A DNA stretch of 47,760 bases from Tricharina praecox. Its lineage: Eukaryota. The notes beneath the pieces were generated by a model that worked only from the letters and a program-made list of their open reading frames with translations, did not search any database and was not told the origin of the DNA. This document shows, piece by piece, positions 36,673 to 46,800 of the stretch. The stretch's first letter is position 1. Every line of letters begins with the position of its first letter. A program made the position numbers and the translations under genes. Location of the stretch: the NCBI RefSeq assembly GCF_024521635.1, contig NW_026250410.1:1240001-1287760 (forward strand). The letters are read 5' to 3'.

Positions 36673-37398
36673 ATTATCCGCGAGCGAAGGTCTACAATAC
36701 CCGGTCTTTACATTGGAACATCCTCTCGCTGATCCTCATGAGGGCTTAGAACATACACATACTGACGTGATCCTCTTCCTCCTCAGCTGGTATTCCTCCA
36801 TAACCTTGGCGGGAAGTGCCGGACAGCGGGGAGTGGATATTATTCCCAACTTCTTTGCAGCGAGAGCAGCGCTGAACTTAGCCAGGAAAATTCCGAAGAG
36901 AACCCCGCAATGCAGAAATATGTTTTCCGCTGCTCACCAGCAATAAGTCAAGCAATCTGAGGATGGGCGCCCGGCTTCTAGCAATAATGGCGAACGACAG
37001 GGAGCATCACTACTTGCCCCCTGAGCTCAGAGTACTATCAGCTTGGGTAGGTGGGTAGCTGATTCGGAATCTGTTGCTGGAAGCTGGTCCCCGGATATGG
37101 TTGTGGCAACGGTAACGGGAATCTTATGAGTATTGGCAAATAGTGAGTATACACTTCGGTCTCCAATTTATCACCACCCATCCGCTGGTAAAAGATTTCT
37201 TTCATCCCAACTGCGGTAACATCATGCCCACCGTGGTGATAGTAGTCTACCTACTGTGGTGAGGACCCGGGTATATGATGTACTCTAGACCCATGGATAT
37301 CGGCCACCTCATTGGTGTACATACGAGTAGACACCAAATATCTACAGTGGTGTAGACATCTACTCAATTATCCGGCCTACATAGCCTACTATTAACCG
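36673..37398 (-). promoter_or_regulatory. Three CGGDTAAW motifs (XlnR/AraR-type Zn2Cys6 sites) upstream of the arabinanase
   Basis: CGGATAAT at 36680-36673 and 37374-37367, CGGTTAAT at 37398-37391, all in the gene's orientation. A TATA-like TATATAAA also lies at ~36500. Confidence 0.35.
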
Positions 37399-38140
37399 GG
37401 AATTCCTTCGGGCTAAGATGGTGCGCGGGGTGCATATGCACCCCAGACGTATACCGGTACCAACACCGACGTACCCCGACAATTACCGCCAACGTTAACA
37501 TTGAGTCGCGTTGTTTGGAGGGCTTTCCCCGGCTGTGCGACTGACGACCATGTGTCGCTTGGATATAACCAGCGTACGGGTGTCAGTCGATCCGGATACG
37601 TGTGGACCGCGAGAGGAGGCCGTGAAGATCTTATGTACGTATGCCGTATATACCGGGGTCCGGTATTGCATGAGCATCCTTCTTTTCTCGTCCAGATTGT
37701 TACATAGCGGGAGCGACAACATCGGGATTCGGGCTACGTACATACCGTAGTATGTAGTAATCTTCGGTCAATGGAAGGGGCAGATTACCGCAGTAGTAAT
37801 CTTCGGTTCATCCTAGATGGCACCCGCCGCGCATTACCTATTACACGTACATCCAGATGTACCTATGTATGTAGAATGAATTCCCCGCGCCATGCGTAAT
37901 GCAGGTACTCTACTGCAATGTGGAGTAGAGTACTGGCATGTATGACATGCTACTGACACTCCGCCAGCCACATGGACACCTCCTCCTTGCAGTAGCTCCG
38001 AGAATCCTTTTATTTCTCCGTAGGCCCGAGCATACTACATACTGTTAGCATCACACCGTCACCGGCGCCACTATAACCGAGACGGTTCAATGCAGCGGAT
38101 GCACGGAAACCTGTCCGCCTCCAAGCGAATTCGAAAAGCT

Positions 38141-38179
38141 GTGGCCGATGGCCGGTGGCCGGTGGCCAGTGGCCTGTGG
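38141..38179 (+). repeat. 7-bp tandem repeat (RTGGCCN) x5.5
   Basis: GTGGCCG ATGGCCG GTGGCCG GTGGCCA GTGGCCT GTGG. Confidence 0.85.
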
Positions 38180-39610
38180 GTGACTGATCCGTTGGATGTG
38201 TAGTGTGTAGGCACGTGGAGTAACCAAGTATGTGCCGGCTTGGATAAATGCCTCGGATGAATAGCGCGCGAGCTGCACTGCGCTCCGCGGATGCGCCCTG
38301 GTTTTCTCGCCGTTCCCTAGAATCAAACAAAATCGCGGGGGATGAACGGTCGGCGGAAAATGGGAACTTGAAGTGCTGTGTACGGTACCTACCTTAGGGC
38401 ATTTGTCGTCGTATGTATAATGATCTCGGCCGGCTGGTGGGCTAGAGGCAGAGAATATGATGTCGGCATTCCCCAGGATCAATATCTAAGGTACTAGGAC
38501 GTGGATTCAAGCTGCCGGTATTAGGCTATGGCTAGGGCGATGCTAACTACTCCAGAAGCCATTTGATGGGGCATTTTTGGTTTTAAAAGCGGTTTCCTCG
38601 GGGCATTGGACACGACGGGATGCCCGGAGTGACAATGCCACGCAGTTGCATGCGGAAGCCGGCTCCTAAATAGTCTTTCGGCAATCGCAGTTGAATGGCG
38701 GCGGGGGGGGGGGATTTAATCAATACCTACTGACCCACTGAGTGTCGGGTATTATTCAGTGGCTAGAGTCACTAGTGGAAGCTGGGGTAAATTTCCTAAG
38801 GCCGACCCGAAGTTACGGTGGATGCACTTAGACATGATAATATGGCTACGATAAAAAAAACAAATCCCAGAGGCGCCCAAGGGTATCCACCGGATATTTG
38901 GAGACCCCCGAATCGAAATCCTGGAGTTAGACATAAATGAAGCTTTAGGCGTCCCCTCTTTCCGTGCACAAACACGGCAGGTGGGATTAGGTAACAGATG
39001 ACCGATCGTGTCCCAGCAGTTAAGTCTCTCTCCTAACGGATGATTCGGGTTTTCTTCGTTTTTGCGTATTTACGTACGATGTATAGGCCATAGCAAACCG
39101 CGTTCGCCTGTTCCACCCCTATTACCCTGGTGTTGCACGAGTTTTGACGTCGCCCTGCGTTAGTTGGCCCGGTTGTGCGTAAATTTGCGGACAATCAGAC
39201 CATATGTACGTAGTTATTCCCGTTAATCGAGTGAGGGGAAAGAGAGGGAGATGTTCAGTTTATTTTCGCATGCAGCCTATCTAGACTATGGCGAACCGTC
39301 GCACTCCTTTTCTACCCACTCTGGCCGGCCGGGGGTTGAGACCCTGCTACCAGCCAGCACGATGGGACGCCGCTGACGAGTGAGGGGAAATACATTCACC
39401 TCGCGGACCCAATCTTCGCAGCGGTGTACTCCGGAAGCACAATTTCACCGTTCGATCGTTCCGGGTGGGCGTTGGAACCGCCGACGATTGTAAGTTTCAC
39501 GAACGGGCAAAAGACTAGGCGGACGGGCCACATTGTGCTCGATAGAGCGGGTTGTGTGTTGATTTATTTGCCAGATATCTGTCGGGTCGTATCGTGAGAG
39601 GGATTCTCCT

Positions 39611-40019
39611 CGGTGCTCTCCATCTTCCGGTCCGGACGGCCAAAATACCGGACAGTTGCAAAGTTTATCCGTCAGGTCCGAGCGGATCGGTCTCCGTCCG
39701 ACGGTGGAGGACGACCGTCCAGGTCACGTGAATATGATTCGGCTGATTGATGATTTCTTAGCACCGGTATCTTACGCACCACCGCGTGAGTTCATCCCGC
39801 ACCGCTCCACAAGCTGTGAAAATTAGCAGTATTCTGACTCGGACGCCTAAGGTGCGGCGCCTGGCCCCTGTCACAGCGCTCAAGGCACTAGATCTCACTT
39901 GGCCACCCAAGTTCCACGCCCCAAATCAGGTTTTTACTCAAGGCTCGGACAGTCGGGAGGCACGCCGCCCATCCTCATTCGAGGCTCAGACAGAACGGAC
40001 CGGGCGATGGAGAATACTG
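39611..40019. mobile_element. hAT-type non-autonomous MITE, 409 bp
   Basis: Imperfect 24-bp TIR: CGGTGCTCTCCATCTTCCGGTCCG versus CAGTATTCTCCATCGCCCGGTCCG (19/24). Perfect 8-bp flanking duplication ATTCTCCT (39603-39610; 40020-40027). Many subterminal TCCG/CGGA motifs. Confidence 0.75.
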
Positions 40020-40576
40020 ATTCTCCTAACTGGGGGATGCATGATAGCTTGATGTGGTACTCGCCCGCATTGAACTACATGTACAGGGCTTAAATGTTCG
40101 GTTGATAAAAGTGATAACGACGTGCATCTCTTCTAATTTGATAACGACTGTAGGCATTCTAATCGTTTGTCTCGTCAGTCCAAAGGCACAAACACCGACG
40201 CACTAGCAAGAAATGGGACCCCCGGCCCCAATTTTCGAGTCAGAAACGTTCTTGGTGAAGGGGCACACTGACGCGGCCACATTTTTCGCCTGATAGCATA
40301 GCACGACGCCATTTGCGTCTAGCGACGATAGCGAGGCACCCTCTCCGTCCAGGTCCCGCAGCACGACGCCATCCTTATCAACAGGCGGCGTATTCGTCAC
40401 TGCATGGGCGGCACGATATCCACAACTTTGCCGGCAGTATGTCCTACGAGGAGGACGTGAAAGCCCCTGCCCGGGAAGTAAGATATCTCTGATGAAGCTG
40501 GCGCTCTATTCACGGTGTTGTCACTTCTGTACATAGTCTGGACTGCATGGACGGGCCAGTCAGGTGTCAATCCGTG

Positions 40577-40865
40577 GAGAACTTGCTGAGCGGCGACCTC
40601 CAGTACCACCAAAACAGCGATTTGGGAATCCCCAACCCAGGAGCCCCCTCAAATAGCGGTCCCACAGGGGACTTTATATAACAAGAACAATCTCTGTCAG
40701 CGTGGAGATAGAAGACGTCGTGATCCGGTAGCTAAACGATGAGAATTCACTGAGCGGCGCCCTCCAGTACCACCAAAATAGCGATTTCAGCCACCACCAG
40801 CCCAATCGCACCATCAAATGGCGGTCCCACAGAGAACTTTGTATGAAAACAAGCATTCTGCTGTG
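40577..40865 (+). repeat. Degenerate tandem duplication, period 164 bp
   Basis: CTGAGCGGCG(A/C)CCTCCAGTACCACCAAAA(C/T)AGCGATTT...TCAAAT(A/G)GCGGTCCCACAG.G.ACTTT.TAT at 40586 and 40750. Confidence 0.8.
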
Positions 40866-41076
40866 CATAGGAATGGATGGAGTTGCGGTGCCCTGTCATT
40901 CCGTTCAAAACTCGTGGCTACAATTGGTGTATACCACAAACCAGCGAGTGATAAATGAAGACGCCGCACAACGGTGACAGTTGATGATGCCAGGTGTACT
41001 ACGTGATATTTTGTGATGAGGAAAACAAAATGTAGATGAAAGAAACCGTGTTACACTGAATAGACATTAAGTATAC

Positions 41077-41766
41077 TGTGACACCCCGATAGGTATCGGA
41101 GGTCACGACGGTCGCAAGAGACGTGATTAGATAGTTCGGGTGATTAGAATAGAGTTGCGAGCCGAAAGGATAGTTAGAAGCGATCAAGGACAAGATAGGA
41201 AGGAGGGAGCAAACGGATTCCAGAGTCTAGACAGTGATCGGAGATGCGGGAGATCGGGATAACAGTACAGAGGACTTTGAGATCTCCGATCATAGGGCCC
41301 CGCAGTAGGAACTCCGATCCAGGAAAAAACTGTTATGACGAGAGAATCGAACATCGACCGATGGGGGCAGACAACTTCGAGCGAAGAACTCTGCCGGCGC
41401 ATGAGGGAGATAATTGCTCGGAAACTCCGATCTATCTTGGGCGCGTGGTGTTTACCACCTGCCTAGTCGAGAAGACTATCCGAAGAGAGCTGACGACGAC
41501 TCAAGGCTAGGCCGCGGAACTCCGATGCAAAGGAAGCAACGGAGCTACGTTAGGCCGCACTCTAGAGGAATCACGTGCTGAGGATCGGGACGGCTATAAG
41601 TCGAACCGAGCGGGCAACCGAACAAAACTACAATCATCGCACCGAACAAACCATCGAACAAACACCCTTAAGATTATTCCGTTGTGAATTATCGAAATCC
41701 CTGACTTTTATTCTATCCTCGATTTTACTATAGACTCCGACGACACAAACCCGTCCCAGTCTCACA
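41077..41766 (+). repeat. 5' LTR (690 bp)
   Basis: Starts TGTGACA and ends TCTCACA (imperfect terminal inverted repeat), 2 nt before the PBS. TATA-like CTATAAG at ~41594. Putative TSD TATAC (41072-41076) cannot be verified without the 3' LTR, so the left boundary is inferred. Confidence 0.75.
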
Positions 41767-41768
41767 CT

Positions 41769-41780
41769 ATAATCTTAAGG
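41769..41780 (+). other. Self-complementary primer binding site (Tf1-type self-priming)
   Basis: ATAATCTTAAGG lacks the TGG start of a tRNA PBS and is the perfect complement of LTR sequence CCTTAAGATTAT (41666-41677). Confidence 0.8.
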
Positions 41781-41805
41781 TTACAGTCACCGATTTCTAT
41801 CGAAA

Positions 41806-43809
41806 ATGTCCTCCTCAAACCTCGACATGCTCCGCCTCGAACTTCCTCAGACCCTGAGCAATGCTCTCGTTAGCATCCCGCAAGCATCCGAAACCGTCGA
41901 AGTACGAAACCCGGCAGCTTGGCTCAGGCTGATGAACCATCAATACCAAACGGCACAAAGAGACCTGCGCCAGCTTTACCAAGCATGCGATCAGAAGTTC
42001 AACGAAGAGGACTCCCGAATGCAGGAAATCAGAAGGAACTACGAACAACTCTGCGATGGGGTCAAGTATGTGTACAACCTCTACGCTCACAATGCCGAAA
42101 TGAATACAGAATGGCTTCGAACCGAGCTGTCAACGGTAGCGAACGCGACGCACGCCCTGAGCAGCGACGTATGGGCAGTCATTCGAGAACGTAACCAGAA
42201 AGACGAAGACAACCGCGAGTTGCAAAGCGTCGCAAACGCTCGGCTACAAGACGCCATCGTGTTCCTCGAAACGGCGCAAGTCGAACAACGCAGGGAGCAA
42301 GCGGTGTACAACCGCAACGTGGAAATTTGGGCAGGGAAACAGGAAGAGAAGGCAGAATACCTCTACAAGGAGCAACAGCGAATCAAGGAAAAAATCGCTC
42401 GAGCAGAGAAAAAATTGAAGGCTGTAGAGGTAAGGACAGGGAAGGCGAAGGAAAAGGCCCCGGAGTGGGTAAACACTACCCCAAGAGGAGGATCGCGGGC
42501 AGAAAGGTCAGCAACAAGGGAAACTCCGGCAGGTGCAGGAATGTCCCCTCCTCCTCCACCCCCAAGACGTCCGGTGACTAACCTTGGAGGTGATCCCTCG
42601 GATGAGGAACCATCGGATGATGACGATTCCATCCCCTTGCCGCGTCGTTCGCCGCCCCGTCACCGACACGCTCCGCTACCAAGAGAAGACGACGAAGACG
42701 AAGAGAGTCGCTTCGCTCGGATCATCGCTGCTGCCGTCTCCGCATCGAACCCGAGGGCCATCAAGCTTAAAATGAAAGAGCCCAAGCCGTTCGATGGCAA
42801 GCAAAGAACAGCCTTCCGTCCATGGTGGGACTCAGTTGAAGAATATCTTGAGTTCCACCCAGAGACAAACGAGCAGCAGAAGATAGCGTGGGTGGGATCC
42901 CGACTGGAAGGGACAGCGGCAGAATGGCATCAGGCCCGTCGAAAAAGCCTGAGGCAGCTACACTTGGAAGATACCTGGCAGGCGTACCAAGAGGCACTCA
43001 AGGAGGCGTACCGCGACACGCAGGAAGGAGCGAACGCATTAAGAAGGATGTGGGCCCTCGAATACAAAGGAGACATTCAGGCTTACATGACCTCCTTCCG
43101 ATCGCTCAACATGATCGCTCGCGCCACCGGCGAACCGCTACAAGACATAGTCAACCAGGCCATGACAACCGACATCGTTGATATGTGCTTCAACCAGCAC
43201 ACCGAACCCTACGAAGACGATGAAGACTTCCTGGAAACGGTGCTCAGGGCTGGCAACCATGTGGAACGACGGGACGCGCTGAAAAAGGCAAGGGCAATGA
43301 GGAAAGGGGGATCGGGTAGCCAGGGTTCCGGCGGCGACCGGAAGGGACCTGGCAACGGCCGGCAGGGCCAAGGAAAGGGAAGAGACCCCGGGGGCCGCAA
43401 GGAAAGCGGGGAGTCCCCGGAGGGCCGAAAGGCCAAGGAAGCAACAGGAGTCAGGAAGGGAAGGACAAGGGAAGGGGACATCTACGCAGGAGCAAAGGAG
43501 GCTCTGGTAGGGGTTCCCCAGAAGGAGATCGATGCCCACAAAGCATCCAAGTGCGACTGTTGGCGTTGCGGACGAGACGGCCACCGAACCTTCCAATGCT
43601 ACGCCAGAAAAACAGTCGCGGGTACCGAACTCCCCGAGAGTCCAAAGGTGTCATCCGTGACAAAGAGAAAGCGGGACACCCAGGATGTCGAACCCACTCG
43701 ACCGAGGTCCAAGCAACACAAGGCTGCGGCGGTTGTGGTGGAGGATGAAGCAATGACGGAGGCCCCTCCATTCTGGGAAAGGAATGAGAGTGAGCCGGAG
43801 GATTTTTGA
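41806..43809 (+). CDS. gag: Gag (667 aa): coiled-coil N-terminus, capsid domain, CCHC zinc knuckle
   Basis: EPKPFDG...WW..VEEYLEF...KIAWVGSRLEGTAAEW capsid-like region; CWRCGRDGHRTFQC (CX2CX4HX4C). Confidence 0.93.
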   Translation: MSSSNLDMLRLELPQTLSNALVSIPQASETVEVRNPAAWLRLMNHQYQTAQRDLRQLYQACDQKFNEEDSRMQEIRRNYEQLCDGVKYVYNLYAHNAEMNTEWLRTELSTVANATHALSSDVWAVIRERNQKDEDNRELQSVANARLQDAIVFLETAQVEQRREQAVYNRNVEIWAGKQEEKAEYLYKEQQRIKEKIARAEKKLKAVEVRTGKAKEKAPEWVNTTPRGGSRAERSATRETPAGAGMSPPPPPPRRPVTNLGGDPSDEEPSDDDDSIPLPRRSPPRHRHAPLPREDDEDEESRFARIIAAAVSASNPRAIKLKMKEPKPFDGKQRTAFRPWWDSVEEYLEFHPETNEQQKIAWVGSRLEGTAAEWHQARRKSLRQLHLEDTWQAYQEALKEAYRDTQEGANALRRMWALEYKGDIQAYMTSFRSLNMIARATGEPLQDIVNQAMTTDIVDMCFNQHTEPYEDDEDFLETVLRAGNHVERRDALKKARAMRKGGSGSQGSGGDRKGPGNGRQGQGKGRDPGGRKESGESPEGRKAKEATGVRKGRTREGDIYAGAKEALVGVPQKEIDAHKASKCDCWRCGRDGHRTFQCYARKTVAGTELPESPKVSSVTKRKRDTQDVEPTRPRSKQHKAAAVVVEDEAMTEAPPFWERNESEPEDF

Positions 43810-43859
43810 GCGGCCCCAGCACTCCGCAGACTGGACGGCCAAGTGTATATGTTTGCGGA
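43800..43859 (+). other. -1 programmed ribosomal frameshift signal: G_GAT_TTT heptamer + H-type pseudoknot
   Basis: pol is in the -1 frame, and the overlap is confined to 43794-43809 by flanking stops. Heptamer at 43800-43806, 5-nt spacer, then two crossing stems. Confidence 0.82.
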
Positions 43860-46800
43860 ACGAAGAGACCACGGCCTCAGGATATCGACAGCGAATCCAG
43901 AGATAAGCGAAGACGAACGGACCAACCTATTTCTACGAGTCCAACCGCGCCGAGCGCCTCAGGGTGTGAGCCCCCAAAACCTGTCAGCGGACCACGACCA
44001 ATCATAGAGATGATGCTCCTCTGGTCTGAGCACAAGCGACGACGGATCCGAGTACTCCTTGACACAGGATGTGCCATTCCGATCATCAAACGAAGCCTTG
44101 CACGAGAACTTGGGTTGCCCCTCATTCAACGACCCAAGCCGGTGGAAATCAAGGACTTCCACGGAACCAAAGTGGAAGGAGCCGGGGAATATTATACAAT
44201 GCCGATGCTCCTTCAACACCGGAGCCACTACACCAACGAAACCTTCGAAGTGGCTCCCTTGGACGACTGCGATGCCTACCTCCCGTATTGGTGGATGGCT
44301 AAGCATGAACCGACAGGGTTGTGGAAGAATGAAGCACAGAAAATTCGCTTCACCAGCACCCGATGCAAGGAACAATGCACCTTGCAACAAGCAACCAGCT
44401 TTCCGATGGAACTTGACACGTCTGTCATTCACAATTCGGAGGCTCGCATTATTGGATACGTCTCAGCTGGGCCGGAATCAGATCCACCCATGAATCTGCT
44501 TCCGGAGAAATTCAGACGATATGCCAACATCATGAGCAAGGAAGCAGCCGATAAGCTTCCCGACCACAAGTCCTACGACCACGCAATCGATCTCAAGGAA
44601 GGAGAGACTCCTCCATGGGGTCCTATCTATGCCCTGTCAGAGAAAGAACTTGAGGCCCTCAGGGAGTGGCTCAAGGAGATGCTCCAGACAGGCAAGATTC
44701 GAAGATCCAAATCACCAGCCTGGGCGCCGATATTATTTGTACCAAAGGCGCACGGCAGGGGTCTCCGATTGTGTGTCGACTATCGCGGTATCAACAAGAT
44801 TACCGTAGCCAATCGCTACCCACTCCCGATCATGGCAGAGTTGCAAGACCGAGTCAGGGGTGCGAAAGTCTTCACCAAGATTGATCTGAAGAATGGCTAT
44901 CACCTTATCCGCATCAAAGAAGGTGACGAGTGGAAGACGGCTTTCCGCTGTCGATACGGACTGTTTGAGTTTTTGGTCATGCCGTTTGGGCTGACCAACG
45001 CTCCAGCGACGTTTCAGGACATGATTAACCACATATTCCGGGATATGTTGGACCTGGGACTGGTCGCGTACATCGATGACCTCCTCATCTATGCGAAGAC
45101 GCACGAGGAGCATGACAAGATAGTCATCGAGGTACTAAAGAGGTTGGAAGAAAATAAGTTGGCAATCTCACCAGAGAAGTGTGTCTGGTCGACAGGGAGA
45201 GTCGAGTTCCTAGGATACGTGATATCCCAAGATGGAATTGAGATGGCTAAGGACAAGGTGGAATCTGTGCTCTCGTGGGAGGCGCCGCGGTCCCTGAAGG
45301 AAGTACAAGCCTTTCTTGGGTTCGCCAATTTTTACAGGCGCTTCATCAAGGATTTCTCAAAAATCACGAGACCCTTGACCGAGAGCACAAAAGAAAAAGG
45401 GAAGGATTGGAGATGGACAGCGGAGATGGAACTGGCCTTCGAGGAGCTGAAGTCTAGGTTCACCACGGCACCGATTCTCGGGCACTTCAACCCAGAATTA
45501 CCTGTCGTGGTGGAATCCGACGCTTCGGACTTCGCGTTGGGCGCGGTCCTGTCTCAAAGGACAGAGGATGGGAAGTTACACCCAGTTGCGTTCCACTCAA
45601 GAAAGTTTACCCCAGCCGAAATCAACTTTGAGATTCACGATAAGGAACTACTCGCGATAGTAGACTCTTTCAAACGCTGGCGGCAATACCTTGAGGGAGC
45701 AAAACACCAGATCCAGGTGTACAGCGACCACCAGAACCTTGAGTACTTCACAACCACGAAAGTACTCAATCGACGGCAGGCGAGATGGGCACAAGAACTC
45801 GCTGGCATCGACTTCAAAATCTACTACCGGCCCGGCAGCCAGAACGGCAAGCCTGACGCATTATCCAGGCGCCCGGAGTACCGCCCTGAAAAAGGGGGGG
45901 GTGAAGATCAGCCGATTACGACGATCCTGCATAAATCACACTTTGCAGGCGACGATTCGAGAGTTTCATCAATCAGCACCGGAGGCGAGAGCACCGTGTT
46001 TCTGGTTTCGTCAACTCGGCTACATTCAATCCCCGTGCCAAAGTGGAATGAAGAATTTCTGGGTTGGGTCAGGAAGGCAGGAAAGGAAGATGCTGGGTAT
46101 CAGGAGGCTCTGAGCAGCATCAAGGACACGAACGAGGACGCGGCTCAGAAGGACACTGAGTCGGAGGGCCGAAAGGCCTGGGAACTGGCCGCCGAGAGTA
46201 GGGACTCCGGCAGGATGGGCCGAAAGGCCAGGATTTTGAGGATGGAAGAGGGGTGCCTGTATAGGAAAGAAAGGCTATGGGTACCAGACGATAAGGAACT
46301 CGTCAGACACATCCTCGAGTCGGAACACGATACGAAAGTCGCGGGGCATATGGGCCAGGACAAGACTATCGAACTTATCCGACGCAATTTCTGGTGGCCA
46401 AAGATGGACGAGCAGATTATAGACTTCGTCCGGAGTTGCGCGCAGTGTCAGAAGGACAAAGCAACAAGGCACCAGCCGTATGGACTACTCAATCCCCTCG
46501 AGTTACCATACACCCCATGGCAATCAATAGCCATGGACTTCATTACCGACCTACCGGAATCCAACGGATGCGACCAGCTATGGGTGGTCGTCGACCGCTT
46601 CACCAAGATGGCGCATTTCATCCCCCTACCTAAGGATGGAAAGATAGCCGAGGATCTCGCGAAGATTTTTGCCCGCGAGATATGGCGCTTTCACGGATTA
46701 CCAGCAGACATAGTGTCGGACCGAGACTCACGGTTTACCTCGGGTACATGGAAAGAATTCATCCGGCTGCTAGGCATTAAGCCCCGGATGTCAACAGCGT

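Noticed and set aside
37750..37935. 15-bp direct repeat GTAGTAATCTTCGGT x2 and hairpin GTACTCTACT/AGTAGAGTAC as a Helitron end
   Set aside because: No CTRR terminus at the expected distance and no second copy. TAG/CTA-rich palindromes are common throughout this window.
41767..41785. tRNA primer binding site
   Set aside because: It does not begin with TGG and is fully explained by complementarity to the LTR.
43807..44006. Stop-codon readthrough from gag into pol
   Set aside because: The gag frame after TGA hits another stop at ~44006 and lacks protease motifs; pol is in the -1 frame.
46156..46185. Hammerhead ribozyme (GGCC-GAAA-GGCC is the usual engineered stem II)
   Set aside because: The contiguous CUGANGA and GAAA core nucleotides do not directly flank the stem in any of the three copies.
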